A stretch of DNA of 59,753 bases, counting the filler. It is 3 parts of 3 records of this genome, joined end to end, with 100 filler letters (N's around TTAATTAATTAA, not from the genome) between each part and the next. Parts side by side here need not be neighbours in the genome. Positions count along the whole stretch, not along the records: positions 20,565 to 37,272 come from SRR31156797_3002; 2 more parts are not named here. One strand, 5' to 3'. A model generated the notes under the pieces. It worked only from the letters and a program-made list of their open reading frames with translations. It did not search any database and was not told the origin of the DNA. Position 1 is the stretch's first letter; the number at the start of each line of letters is the position of its first letter. Of the stretch, positions 20,567-30,972 are shown one piece after another. A program made the translations under genes and the position numbers.

Positions 20567-21055
20567 TTTCGATCTTTTTTTAGACCAAATACAACTGTAG
20601 AGAGTGTTTCTTTAAAACAACTCATAGAATCAAGCCTGATACTCCTTAAAGATGAACTTCTTCAACACAATATTGAATATGAGATCAAATGTGCAGAGGA
20701 TTTCCATATAGCGGTGAATCAAAATGAATTTAAACATGTTATGATCAATCTTATCCAAAATAGTAAAGATGCATTTATAGAAAAAGAGATTGGACAAAGA
20801 AAGATCACTTTTACTATTTTAAAAGATCAAGAGAAAAAGAGTTTACATATCTGCGATAATGCAGGAGGTATTCCTAAAAATATCATTGATGATATCTTTA
20901 AAGCACATGTTACAACAAAAGAGAAAAGAAATGGGACAGGGATTGGCTTATATCTTACCAAACAGATCATAGAAAAGTATTTTTTTAATATCTCTGTTAT
21001 CAATAAAAATGCAGGGGTTTGTTTCACTATTGACTTTACACCTCAAAGTGCATAG
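20567..21055 (+). CDS. Sensor histidine kinase, C-terminal HATPase part (5'-truncated)
   Basis: Frame open from 20567 (FRSFFRPN...); N-box NLIQNSKDA, DNAGGI, GTGIGLY. Confidence 0.9.
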   Translation, partial: FRSFFRPNTTVESVSLKQLIESSLILLKDELLQHNIEYEIKCAEDFHIAVNQNEFKHVMINLIQNSKDAFIEKEIGQRKITFTILKDQEKKSLHICDNAGGIPKNIIDDIFKAHVTTKEKRNGTGIGLYLTKQIIEKYFFNISVINKNAGVCFTIDFTPQSA

Positions 21056-21080
21056 TAAAGTTTTATAAAATAGTGATAGT

Positions 21081-23663
21081 ATGCGATTTTTTCATCTTTT
21101 CCAAAAACAAAGTTTAGTAGTTTATACTATTATATTTTTCGTATTATCAAGTATATCTATCTCTTTAGCACTCTATAACTTTCAAAGGGGACATGAAACA
21201 GTTTCCAATAAGTTTTTTGAAAGTTCAAAACTGAGATACTTAAATGCTATAAGTAATTATGAGTCTATCTCAAAACTGTTTGTTGATTCCGTTTTACTTT
21301 CACCTGAAATTATAAAACTTCTTCAAACTGCTCAAACAACTACAGATAAAAATGAAAGAGATAGCTTAAGAAAAAAGCTTTTTAATTCATTGAAAAAAGA
21401 GTATGAAGTCCTTAAAAAGAATCATTTATATCAAGTTCATTTTCATCTACGTGACGGAACAAGTTTTTTAAGACTCCATAAACCTGAAGAGTTTGGAGAT
21501 GATCTTACAAAAATTCGTCCCTCTATAGCTAAAATTATGAAGGAACAAAAAATGATGAAGGGGTTTGAGATAGGACGTCACTGGTCTAGTTATCGTTATT
21601 TATATCCGATCTTTGCAGATGATGGCACTTATGTGGGAAGTGTGGAGACATCACTACCTTTTGTTTCTTTAATGTCAGTGATGAATAAAATATCACAAAG
21701 CTATAATCTTTTTATAACTGATAAAAAGTTTACCAAACAGCGTATCGATCCAATAGAGATCCAGTCTTTTAAAGAGAGTTTTCTTGATGATCTCTATGTT
21801 TTAGAGAGAGTCGTAAAAAGTAAAAAACTCTATATAGATTCTAAAACATTTTTAATGCCGTTTGGAGAAGATATAGCTAAAGGGATTTTAAATACTCATC
21901 AAAAAGAGATTAAGTCTTGGCTTTTAAATAAACAAGCCTTTAGTTATTATGCAACATGGAAAAACAAATATTATGTGATGGCATTTTTACCAATAAAAAG
22001 TATTAATAAGCAAGAGGTAGGTGCATATGTGGTTACTATGCAAGAGAGCATTGAACTTGATAGACAAGAAAATGAGATGTTTCTTATTCTGTGTTTACTT
22101 CATATTGTAATATTATTTTTAATATTTTTTATTCATCACTTTTCAAAAAAACGTGCACAGCAAAGCTATCTAGAGATATTTCATGGGGTTACAGATGGAA
22201 TATCTTTACATCATTTTAATACAGGAAAGATCATAAAAGCTAATAATGCTTTTTGTGAACTTTATGGATATACATTGAAAGAGATGCTAGAGAAAAATTT
22301 TATAAGTTTAAATTTTGGATTATCTTCTTTAAGTGAAAAAGAGTTTCAAAGTGAATTGAAAAAATTACAAAAACAAGAACATGATGAATTTATTGTGGAG
22401 TGTGAACGAAAAGATGGAACTCATTTTTGGGCACATATCACTATAAAATCTGCTATAGTTGAGGGATCAAAGTGTTTTATCTCTGTCTTAAAAGATATAA
22501 CAAGACAGATTGAACAAGAGAAAAAACTGCATATTTATAAAAAGATCGTATCAGCAAGTAAAGATAATCTAATCTATTTAGACAAATGCCAACGCCATCA
22601 AGCAGTAAATGAAAGCTTTTTAAATGATTTTAATTTTACAAAAGAACAAGTGATAGGGAAAACTCCTAAAGAGTTATTTGGTGAAGAGGTTTATAATGCT
22701 AAGATCAAAACTCATATAGAAAAAGCATATCATGGGATCCTTACTCAAGAGCAAGAATGGATGGAACTGCCAAATGGAAGGTTTTATAAGCAGATCACAC
22801 ATATTCCTTATATTGAAGCTGGTGATGTGGAAGGAATGGTGGTCAATATTCATAATATGAGTGATTGGAAACTTGCACAAGAACAATTAGAAGAGCTTAA
22901 AAATAGTCTTGAAGAGATGGTAGATCAAAAAGTTGAAGAGCTACGTGATAAAGATACACTATTGATACAACAAAGCCGTTTTGCAGCTCTAGGAGAGATG
23001 ATATCGATGATCGCTCATCAATGGAGACAACCTCTTAATATTCTCTCAATCTATATTATGAGACTTCAAATGCTTGAAGAAACAAAAACATTGGACTATA
23101 ATAAGATCCATGAGGTCGTTCAAAAATCAAATGAGATGATCCAAGGTATGTCAAAAACGATTGATGACTTTGCTACATTTTTTAAACCAGAAAAGAAAAA
23201 AGGAAAATTCTCATTAAATGAGTGTATTGAAAAAGCGATTAGCATGATCGAATATCAATTGGAAAGTTATGATATAAATATTCATAAAGAGGTAGATAAA
23301 GAGATTGACCTTTTTGGTATATCAAATGAATTACAGCATGTTTTATTGATTCTTTTTGGAAATGCAAGAGATATTCTTAGTACTCAAAAAGAGAAAAAAG
23401 AGAAATATATATCTATTAAAGCTATAAAATTAGACAAAAAAATAACTATTACGATATGTGATAATGGAGGAGGGGTACCAGATAAGATCAAAGAAAAGAT
23501 CTTCGATCCATATTTTACTACAAAGCATTCCTCAGTAGGAACAGGAATAGGGCTTTATATGGCAAAAACTATTATTGAGCAACATTTTGAAGGAACTATT
23601 TCAGTTGCTAATGATGAGCAAGGGGCAGTTTTTAAGATCCAATTAAATTATGATGGAAAATAG
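21081..23663 (+). CDS. Membrane sensor histidine kinase (Cache, two PAS, HisKA, HATPase)
   Basis: [18 protein letters not shown] Cache motif; TM; two PAS domains; [11 protein letters not shown]-box; [20 protein letters not shown]. Confidence 0.92.
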   Translation: MRFFHLFQKQSLVVYTIIFFVLSSISISLALYNFQRGHETVSNKFFESSKLRYLNAISNYESISKLFVDSVLLSPEIIKLLQTAQTTTDKNERDSLRKKLFNSLKKEYEVLKKNHLYQVHFHLRDGTSFLRLHKPEEFGDDLTKIRPSIAKIMKEQKMMKGFEIGRHWSSYRYLYPIFADDGTYVGSVETSLPFVSLMSVMNKISQSYNLFITDKKFTKQRIDPIEIQSFKESFLDDLYVLERVVKSKKLYIDSKTFLMPFGEDIAKGILNTHQKEIKSWLLNKQAFSYYATWKNKYYVMAFLPIKSINKQEVGAYVVTMQESIELDRQENEMFLILCLLHIVILFLIFFIHHFSKKRAQQSYLEIFHGVTDGISLHHFNTGKIIKANNAFCELYGYTLKEMLEKNFISLNFGLSSLSEKEFQSELKKLQKQEHDEFIVECERKDGTHFWAHITIKSAIVEGSKCFISVLKDITRQIEQEKKLHIYKKIVSASKDNLIYLDKCQRHQAVNESFLNDFNFTKEQVIGKTPKELFGEEVYNAKIKTHIEKAYHGILTQEQEWMELPNGRFYKQITHIPYIEAGDVEGMVVNIHNMSDWKLAQEQLEELKNSLEEMVDQKVEELRDKDTLLIQQSRFAALGEMISMIAHQWRQPLNILSIYIMRLQMLEETKTLDYNKIHEVVQKSNEMIQGMSKTIDDFATFFKPEKKKGKFSLNECIEKAISMIEYQLESYDINIHKEVDKEIDLFGISNELQHVLLILFGNARDILSTQKEKKEKYISIKAIKLDKKITITICDNGGGVPDKIKEKIFDPYFTTKHSSVGTGIGLYMAKTIIEQHFEGTISVANDEQGAVFKIQLNYDGK

Positions 23664-24875
23664 TTATAATTGATCTTGTGAAATACTTTGTTCATCTCCA
23701 GAACTTAGGTTCTTAACCCAAATACTATTTTCTTCAAGCTCTTTTTCCCCAATAAGTGCTACTTTTGTAGCTCCTTGTTTTCCTGCATTATTTAAGTGTT
23801 TTGAAAAGCTTCTACTTTTATAATCTGTAATTACCTTAAGCTCTAGCCGTTTTTTAGCCACTAAAGAAAATACTGTATCAAGAGCCTCTTCACACATAGC
23901 TCCGATATAAAGGATCTCTTCAGTACTTTCATTCATCTTTATAAGTTCTAAAAGCCTCTCAATCCCTATAGCAAAACCAACAGCAGGAGTGGTTTTCCCA
24001 CCTAAAAACTCTACAAGTCTATCATATCTTCCACCACCAGCAATAGCACTTTGAGCACCGATCTCATCACTTACAAACTCAAAGGCAGTTCTTGAATAAT
24101 AATCAAGTCCACGAACTAGATTACTATCTATTTCATAAGCAATATTATTTTTATCAAGTATAGTTTTTAGTTTTTCAAACTCACTATCACATTCACCACA
24201 AAGATTTTCAGTGATTTTTGGAGCATTTACAAGCTCTTTTTGACAGCTTTCATTTTTGCAATCAAGTACTCGAATAGGGTTGGTTTCTATTCTTCTATTA
24301 CAATCTTCACATAAAGTAAGTTCTTTTAGATGCTCCACAAGGTTGTCTCTATAATGTGGCATACAGTTTTGATCACCTAAAGAGTTGAGTTGTAGCTTAT
24401 ATCCTATTTTAAAAAAGCTAAGGATCTCATGGATCATAAGGATAATAGTAGCATCTTCGTAGACACTTGCTTCTCCAAAAGATTCGCAACCAAACTGGTG
24501 AAACTCTCTTAGTCTTCCTTTTTGTGGTCTTTCATATCGAAACATTGGACCATGGTAATAGACTCGTGTAGTTCCACCTGCACGGTCCTTTTTATTTTGT
24601 ACAAACCATCTTACAACCCCAGCAGTTCCTTCAGGTCTAAGACATACGTCATTCTCACCTTTATCGATAAATTGATACATCTCTTTAGATACGATATCTG
24701 AGCTTTCTCCTACACTTCTTTTAAAAAGTGCAGTCTCTTCTAAAATAGGAGTTTCAATATATCCATATCCATATTTTTTAGCGATCCTTGCACAGTTATC
24801 TACAAAATAGGTAAAAAGTTCGCTGTCATTATCAATAATATCTTTCATCCCTCTAAGAGATTGTATCGTTGCCAT
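23664..24875 (-). CDS. hisS: Histidine--tRNA ligase
   Basis: LRGMKD, LRPEGTA, FRYERPQKGR.REFHQ, LVRGLDYY, GGGRYD.L, GFAIGIER. Confidence 0.97.
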   Translation of the reverse strand: MATIQSLRGMKDIIDNDSELFTYFVDNCARIAKKYGYGYIETPILEETALFKRSVGESSDIVSKEMYQFIDKGENDVCLRPEGTAGVVRWFVQNKKDRAGGTTRVYYHGPMFRYERPQKGRLREFHQFGCESFGEASVYEDATIILMIHEILSFFKIGYKLQLNSLGDQNCMPHYRDNLVEHLKELTLCEDCNRRIETNPIRVLDCKNESCQKELVNAPKITENLCGECDSEFEKLKTILDKNNIAYEIDSNLVRGLDYYSRTAFEFVSDEIGAQSAIAGGGRYDRLVEFLGGKTTPAVGFAIGIERLLELIKMNESTEEILYIGAMCEEALDTVFSLVAKKRLELKVITDYKSRSFSKHLNNAGKQGATKVALIGEKELEENSIWVKNLSSGDEQSISQDQL

Positions 24876-24963
24876 CTATAAAAATCCTTATAATTGCTAG
24901 TAATTTTAAAGGGAATAGGGTAGCATAAAGTAGCTTTAGCTCTATTTATGTATAATATTTGTT

Positions 24964-26412
24964 ATGATAGATTATAGAACAAAACTCACAACCCATAGAC
25001 AAATAAACCCAATTGATAATATTGAGATCTCAATTGAGAGTGATAGAGGACGGATCCTCTCTTCAGCTGCATTTAGAAGACTACAAAAAAGAACACAAGT
25101 TTTTGCACTAGAGCTTAATGCTTTTATACGTACACGTCTTACCCATTCACTAGAAGTAGCTCAAACTGCACGTTTTATTGCGAAAACTATTTTAAAAGAT
25201 TTAGATGAAACAGGTGAAGCGTATGGTTTAGAAGATATGGAAAATGCTTTTATCTCTACAGTAGAGATGACAAGTCTACTTCATGATATAGGAAATCCTC
25301 CTTTTGGACACTCTGCTGAAGAGAGTATCAATCATTGGATAAAAAACAAAGCTTTACCACTTTTAGAAAACTTTGATACAAGTTCAGAAGAGTTAAAAGC
25401 TTTAAAAAAGCAGATAAAACTAGATATTTGCAACTATGATGGAAATGCACAAGCTATAAGAGTGATCACAAAGCTTCAAAGACTCAATCTTTCCTATACT
25501 CAGATTCTCTCCACTTTAAAATATACAAGAGGGGCATATGAGCAAAAGCCATCTAAAGAAGATTCACTTTATTATGTAAAAAAGAAGCCAGGATTTTACT
25601 ATAGTGAGAAAAAGCTTGTACAAGAGATTCAAAATACTTTAGAAGTGCAAAATGGACATAGATTTCCACTTACGTATATTATGGAAGCAGCAGATGATAT
25701 CTCCTATCTTACAGCTGATCTTGAAGATTCTGTTGAAAAAGGGATCTTAACTCTTGATGATGTTTATGACCTAATAAAAAAAGAGTGTGAAATAGAAAAT
25801 GAAGACTATCTTTTAGAGATCATAGAAGAGAAATACACCCAAGCAAAACAAAATGAAGAAGCATATCAGTTTAATATGTTTTTTACGATCTTTCGAGCGA
25901 AACTTGTGAGCTCTCTTGTAAGACATGTGGCAAAGATATATATAGATAATCATACAGCTATTTTTAATGGTACTTTTAATGATGCACTTTTAGAATATGA
26001 TAAAAAAAGTAAGTATTATAAAGCTGTTAAAATTCTTCAAAAAATATCAGTAAAATATATCTATCAAAATAAAGAGGTTCAAGAGTTAGAACTCAAAGGA
26101 CATAAAATAGTCAATGGACTTTTAGATATTTATAAGCCATTGCTTGATTTAAAAGGTGAAGAGTTTGAAGCACTTGTAAATGGAAAAGATAGAGAAGTAA
26201 ATTGTTTCTTATCAAGACTTCTTATAAAAAGGCTCTCCTCAAAACAGATCGTTGCATACAAACAAGATGTACAAGAATTATATAAGAATAATAAAGAAGA
26301 ATTTAGAATCATGGAGTGGTATTATAGAGTGAGATTATTGGTCGATTTTATAAGTGGTATGACTGATGATTTTGCTTTACACGAATATCAAACTCTTATG
26401 GCTATGAAATAA
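24964..26412 (+). CDS. dgt: dGTP triphosphohydrolase (HD superfamily)
   Basis: DRGRI..SAAFRRLQ..TQVF, RTRLTHSLEV, LHDIGNPPFGH, DGNAQ, MEAADDISY..ADLED, DFISGMTD. Confidence 0.93.
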   Translation: MIDYRTKLTTHRQINPIDNIEISIESDRGRILSSAAFRRLQKRTQVFALELNAFIRTRLTHSLEVAQTARFIAKTILKDLDETGEAYGLEDMENAFISTVEMTSLLHDIGNPPFGHSAEESINHWIKNKALPLLENFDTSSEELKALKKQIKLDICNYDGNAQAIRVITKLQRLNLSYTQILSTLKYTRGAYEQKPSKEDSLYYVKKKPGFYYSEKKLVQEIQNTLEVQNGHRFPLTYIMEAADDISYLTADLEDSVEKGILTLDDVYDLIKKECEIENEDYLLEIIEEKYTQAKQNEEAYQFNMFFTIFRAKLVSSLVRHVAKIYIDNHTAIFNGTFNDALLEYDKKSKYYKAVKILQKISVKYIYQNKEVQELELKGHKIVNGLLDIYKPLLDLKGEEFEALVNGKDREVNCFLSRLLIKRLSSKQIVAYKQDVQELYKNNKEEFRIMEWYYRVRLLVDFISGMTDDFALHEYQTLMAMK

Positions 26413-27202
26413 GAGAGTTTTTTAACTCTAAATAATCAGTTTCTATCTCTTTATTTTGATGCTTTATGGCACCTTTTATAAGTACATCACATCGTTTTAA
26501 AATCTCTTTTTTTATATCACTTCTAAAAGGAGAATCAAGATGTTTTAAAAGAGCTTTTATTCTATAAGTATCTTGAAGTGGGGTATCAAAGGAGAGTTGA
26601 TTTTGATGTCCTGCGATTTTATAAATAAGCTTTTCATCTATATATCCAAGTTCAAATTCTCTTAATATTCGAAGCCAAAGATCATAATCTTCACAAGCTT
26701 TTAAATTCTCATCGAAGTATCCTATTTTTTCAAATATAGTTTTATGAAGCATCACAGTTGAACATCCGATAAAAGTATTTTCTATATGTTTTTCAAAAGT
26801 AAATCTACTTGATTTTTTCTGATGTTCTTTTTGTATGATCTCTTTAGAGTTAAAAAGCCATTTTTCATCAGTATGAGAAAAAAGTATATGGGGATTTGTT
26901 TTATGAAACTCTACTTGCTTTTTTAACTTTGAAGGCTCCCAAATATCATCACTATCCAAAAAACATATCCACTCATTGTTTGCTTTTTGGATGCCAAGGT
27001 TTCTAGCACAACTCACTCCTTGGTTTGTTTGATAAAAATAGTGGATAGGAAAGTTTTTTAAAAGAACTTTTGTATCATCTATAGATCCATCATCTACTAT
27101 AATAATCTCATCAGCTTGATACGTTTGCTTTAAAACAGACTCTATAGCTTTTATAATAAAATCAGCACGATTAAAAGTAGGGATAATAACAGAGATTTTC
27201 AT
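26402..27202 (-). CDS. Glycosyltransferase family 2
   Basis: ISVIIPTFNR, VDDGS.D, GVS.ARN.G, FLDSDD.W, EDYDLWLR. Confidence 0.92.
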   Translation of the reverse strand: MKISVIIPTFNRADFIIKAIESVLKQTYQADEIIIVDDGSIDDTKVLLKNFPIHYFYQTNQGVSCARNLGIQKANNEWICFLDSDDIWEPSKLKKQVEFHKTNPHILFSHTDEKWLFNSKEIIQKEHQKKSSRFTFEKHIENTFIGCSTVMLHKTIFEKIGYFDENLKACEDYDLWLRILREFELGYIDEKLIYKIAGHQNQLSFDTPLQDTYRIKALLKHLDSPFRSDIKKEILKRCDVLIKGAIKHQNKEIETDYLELKNSLIS

Positions 27203-28018
27203 CTAATAATACTCTAATATATATCTTATATTAAATATAATTTGTGTAGCTTCTTTAGGTTTTGGATAATCTTTATAAGCTATCTGGATAGTTTCAATAG
27301 TATTTTTATCTAGAGCAGTATATCCAGAACTATTACTAATATGTAAATCAGTAATATCACCATTAGGATGAAGAACAAATTTTACAATATTCATACCACT
27401 TTGTCTTGTTTTTATAGCAAGAGCAGGATATTTCAAATAGTATTTTGTAACTTCTTTAATAGACCTAAGGTTCTTTTTTATATATTCTTTTTGTTCTTCT
27501 GAAAATGAATAATACTCTTCTCCATAAAAGTTTATAAGCTGTTGTATACTAGGATCAAGTTTTTTTATAAGATATCGCTCTTTATCTATCTCTTGGTTTT
27601 TTTGTTCTTCCTGCGTTGCTTTTTCTTCTGGAGTCATAGTAAAAAGTTGTTTAAGATCAACCGTTTTTTCAGCTTCTGGTATTTTTATAGTTTTTATATT
27701 TTTTGCAATCTTAGGATCTTTTATAATAGGTTTTGTTCTCTTTTTGACGATGTTTTTAGGAACTTTTTTTATTGGCTTTTGTATAGGAGGCTTTGGTTTT
27801 TTAGGCTCAGGCAGGGGCTTTTCAATAATTTTAGGTTTTTGCAACTTCACATATTTAATAGAAGTATACCCTTTTTTCTTATCCTCTTTTATCTCATCAG
27901 TTGAGTTTATTTTAAGATCTCTATTTTTCAATGTTTTATTAAAAGTATTAAAAAAGAATAGATGCAGTAGCAATGATAATAATAGAGCAAGCCCAAATGG
28001 TATATAAAAGTTTCTCAT
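27203..28018 (-). CDS. tonB: TonB-family energy transducer
   Basis: N-terminal TM with S-x3-H (SLLLH), Pro/Lys-rich linker, C-terminal YP..A....SG...V.F....NG.I......SSG...LD; start taken as ATG 28018. Confidence 0.85.
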   Translation of the reverse strand: MRNFYIPFGLALLLSLLLHLFFFNTFNKTLKNRDLKINSTDEIKEDKKKGYTSIKYVKLQKPKIIEKPLPEPKKPKPPIQKPIKKVPKNIVKKRTKPIIKDPKIAKNIKTIKIPEAEKTVDLKQLFTMTPEEKATQEEQKNQEIDKERYLIKKLDPSIQQLINFYGEEYYSFSEEQKEYIKKNLRSIKEVTKYYLKYPALAIKTRQSGMNIVKFVLHPNGDITDLHISNSSGYTALDKNTIETIQIAYKDYPKPKEATQIIFNIRYILEYY

Positions 28019-28047
28019 CAAATGAATTATAGTATATAAACTCTTGT

Positions 28048-28773
28048 TTAAGCATATAGTAAACACATTTTGATTAAGTTTTGTGAAGTATATTTTTTAA
28101 ATAAAACTTTCCCAATATAAGTTTGAGATAATCCATCAATAAAGTCTTGCTTACCAATATCTGTATGTATATCGATAAACTCTTCTTTTGAAAACTGTTT
28201 TAAAAATTTTGCTATAGTCTCTTCTGTTGAATTTTCTAATATAGTTAGAATATCTAAAAGTTTATCTACACTTTTTTGCATCTCAGTATCTTCTTTAAAA
28301 GCCCAGTCTCTTAATTCATCTTTGTCAATACTATTTTTATGAGCTACAGCTAAAGCATGATCAAAACATTTTTTGTCATTATGAAAAACATATCCACATA
28401 ATCTATCTTTTACACAATCTGTTGGAGTTAAAAGAGTGAGAGTTCCTACTTTTGTATCACGTTTTGAAAAATTACTCAAAAACTGATCACCTACTGCTAC
28501 AGGTGGAGTAAGTATCTCTATAAAAAATTTACTATTCTTAAGTACATAGTATTTCCCATCTATAAGAAAGCCAAGATCTAACATAGTTTGTTCTATAAGT
28601 TTTTGTTTATAAGAGTATTTCATTACAAAGTCTATATCATACGAGGAATAGAGTTCATTGGTATAAAGCTCCATACAACTTCCACCTGATAGTACTACTT
28701 TTATATCTCTTTTATTTAATTCACTACAAACATAAGAAGCTAATTCTTCCATCGAGAGATTTTTTAAGTGCAT
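28048..28773 (-). CDS. Predicted pol-beta-fold nucleotidyltransferase (DUF6036/AbiEii-like)
   Basis: VVLSGG....Y......S.DIDFV signature; later TPTDCVKDRL. Confidence 0.7.
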   Translation of the reverse strand: MHLKNLSMEELASYVCSELNKRDIKVVLSGGSCMELYTNELYSSYDIDFVMKYSYKQKLIEQTMLDLGFLIDGKYYVLKNSKFFIEILTPPVAVGDQFLSNFSKRDTKVGTLTLLTPTDCVKDRLCGYVFHNDKKCFDHALAVAHKNSIDKDELRDWAFKEDTEMQKSVDKLLDILTILENSTEETIAKFLKQFSKEEFIDIHTDIGKQDFIDGLSQTYIGKVLFKKYTSQNLIKMCLLYA

Positions 28774-29129
28774 TATTTATTCTCTTCGTTTTTATATTCT
28801 AATGGTTTATCTTTTTTTCTAAATCGATCTCTTTTTTTGCTTAATAATTCTTCTCTTAACTCTTCAGGATAAGCCATTCTTGCCTTTTTTAGTAAGGCTA
28901 CAAGTTCTTTATAAAATGGATATCTACGATTGAGTTCAAAAACCCTTGTTCTCCCTATGTTTTTTCCAACGATTACATTCCCTTTTTCAAATTTATCAAC
29001 TTGCTTTTTTATAATAGATGGAGCTATGTTATAAAAGCTAGCTATTTCACTTAAGTAGCCATTTTCTTTTGCTAATAAATATTGTAATACTCTTTCAGCA
29101 TTATCATTTCCAAATAATATGTTTAGCAT
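28773..29129 (-). CDS. Winged-helix (ArsR-like) DNA-binding protein
   Basis: L..LFG....ERVL.YL, GY.SEIA, wing G+TR.F.LN..YPF..EL; AAGGA RBS; TAATG coupling with the NTase. Confidence 0.78.
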   Translation of the reverse strand: MLNILFGNDNAERVLQYLLAKENGYLSEIASFYNIAPSIIKKQVDKFEKGNVIVGKNIGRTRVFELNRRYPFYKELVALLKKARMAYPEELREELLSKKRDRFRKKDKPLEYKNEENK

Positions 29130-29180
29130 ATTTTATCCTTTGTAGAAAATATATTATAAATAGTATAAATTAAATTATCT

Positions 29181-29209
29181 ATTATATAAAATAAAGTAGT
29201 TATTGTCAA
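29181..29209 (-). promoter_or_regulatory. Perfect sigma70 promoter TTGACA-N17-TATAAT for the wHTH-NTase pair
   Basis: Plus-strand TGTCAA at 29204-29209 and ATTATA at 29181-29186, 17-nt spacer. Confidence 0.8.
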
Positions 29210-29300
29210 TAGATTTAATTACCTTTTTTGGTATTATTTTGTCTAATTCTATTTATAGTATAATGTCATTTATAAAATTCAAAAACTTAAAAGGATATAG

Positions 29301-30581
29301 ATGTTTGATAAAAGTATAGCAGCCTATGAAGAAGCAAAGCAAGTGATCCCTGGTGGGGTGGATTCTCCAGTAAGAGCCTTTGGTGGCGTTATTGGTACGC
29401 CACCATTTATTGAAAGAGGTGAGGGGAGTTACTTAATAGATATTGATGGAAATAGATATTTAGACTTCGTACAAAGTTGGGGGCCGCTTATTTTTGGACA
29501 TTGTGATAAAGATATTGAAGAATCAGTAATGGAGACTGTAAAAAAAGGTCTTAGTTTTGGAGCGCCAACTGAACTTGAGACAGAATTAGCAAATGAGATC
29601 GTAGAGATGTTTGACAATATCGATAAAGTACGATTTGTAAGTTCAGGTACAGAAGCGGTTATGAGTGCTATTAGATTGGCTCGTGGAGTGACTGGAAAAA
29701 ATGATATCGTAAAATTTGAAGGGAACTATCATGGTCATAGTGATAGTTTACTCGTAGCTGCAGGAAGTGGTATGGCTACATTTGGAGCACCAAGCTCTCC
29801 AGGGGTTCCAGCGGATCTTACTAAGCATACACTTTTAACAGAATATAACAATCTTGAACAACTTGAAAAGTGTTTTAACGAATCAAATGATATCGCTTGT
29901 ATCATCATAGAGCCAATTGCAGGAAATATGGGACTAGTTCCAGCTACTGAAGAGTTTTTAGCAAAAGCTAGAGAGCTTTGTGATAAAAATGGTGCAATTT
30001 TAATTTTTGATGAAGTGATGAGTGGATTTAGAGCAAGTCTAAAAGGAGCGCAAGGGATCGTAAAAACTGTTCCAGATATGGTGACTTTTGGAAAAGTAAT
30101 AGGTGCTGGTATGCCAGTGGGGGCTTTTGCAAGCTCTCGTGAGATCATGTCTCACCTTAGTCCAGAGGGAAAAGTATATCAAGCAGGAACACTAAGTGGA
30201 AACCCAGTAGCGATGGCAGCAGGTCTTACAAGTCTTAGAAAAATCAAAGCTGACAAAGATATATATAATAGACTAAATGCAAAAGCAGTACAACTTACTA
30301 CTGGACTTAAAGAAGTAGCTACAAAGCACAATATCCCACTTCAAGTAGACACAAGAGGAAGTATGTTTGGATTCTTTTTCTGTGAAGAATCTCCAAGTAA
30401 TATGAAAGAAGTAGGAAAGTGTGACTTTGATAGATTTGCAAAGTTTCACAATGAGATGTTAAAAAGAGGTTTTTACTTTGCTTGTTCTCAATATGAAGCA
30501 GGGTTTATCTGTGATAGCATGACTGAAAGTGATATCGAAACTGCTATTAAAGCGGCTGATGAAGTGATGGGGATATTATAG
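29301..30581 (+). CDS. hemL: Glutamate-1-semialdehyde 2,1-aminomutase
   Basis: [57 protein letters not shown]. Confidence 0.97.
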   Translation: MFDKSIAAYEEAKQVIPGGVDSPVRAFGGVIGTPPFIERGEGSYLIDIDGNRYLDFVQSWGPLIFGHCDKDIEESVMETVKKGLSFGAPTELETELANEIVEMFDNIDKVRFVSSGTEAVMSAIRLARGVTGKNDIVKFEGNYHGHSDSLLVAAGSGMATFGAPSSPGVPADLTKHTLLTEYNNLEQLEKCFNESNDIACIIIEPIAGNMGLVPATEEFLAKARELCDKNGAILIFDEVMSGFRASLKGAQGIVKTVPDMVTFGKVIGAGMPVGAFASSREIMSHLSPEGKVYQAGTLSGNPVAMAAGLTSLRKIKADKDIYNRLNAKAVQLTTGLKEVATKHNIPLQVDTRGSMFGFFFCEESPSNMKEVGKCDFDRFAKFHNEMLKRGFYFACSQYEAGFICDSMTESDIETAIKAADEVMGIL

Positions 30582-30665
30582 TCTTTAGAAGGCAAAATGA
30601 GATAAAGAGCTTTGATATATTAGATTCTATAGTTTATGCATACTTAAAGTACTAAGTGCTAGTAT

Positions 30666-30688
30666 ATACATATAATATTAGTATGTAT
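30666..30688. promoter_or_regulatory. Probable TA autoregulatory operator overlapping the -10 box
   Basis: ATACATA-N9-TATGTAT inverted repeat overlapping TATAAT (30671-30676); related half-site ATGCATAC at 30636. Confidence 0.6.
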
Positions 30689-30705
30689 TGAATAAGGAGT
30701 ATCAA

Positions 30706-30972
30706 GTGAGTACACTTACCGTTCGTAAAAATTTTAATTTTGATAAAGAGTTAGTCGATAAAACTAAAACGATTCTAGATCAACAAAATAAAAACTTTAC
30801 AGAAGTTCTCACAAGCTACTTTCAAGCAATAGTAAAAGACCCATCTTTTTTAGAAACTGTAGAAAAAAAGGCAAAACAAAGAACAGGTAACTTTATTGGT
30901 ATGTTAGATAACAAAATTGGTGAAGAAAACTATAAAGAGATGAAAAAGAACTATCATGAAAGTATTTCTTGA
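30706..30972 (+). CDS. Putative RHH-type antitoxin
   Basis: AAGGAG RBS then GTG at 30706; beta-strand (RKNFNFD) + two helices; overlaps the PIN gene. Confidence 0.72.
   Translation: MSTLTVRKNFNFDKELVDKTKTILDQQNKNFTEVLTSYFQAIVKDPSFLETVEKKAKQRTGNFIGMLDNKIGEENYKEMKKNYHESIS

Noticed and set aside
27542..28007. Phe-rich plus-strand ORFs
   Set aside because: Antisense shadow of the Lys/Pro-rich TonB linker
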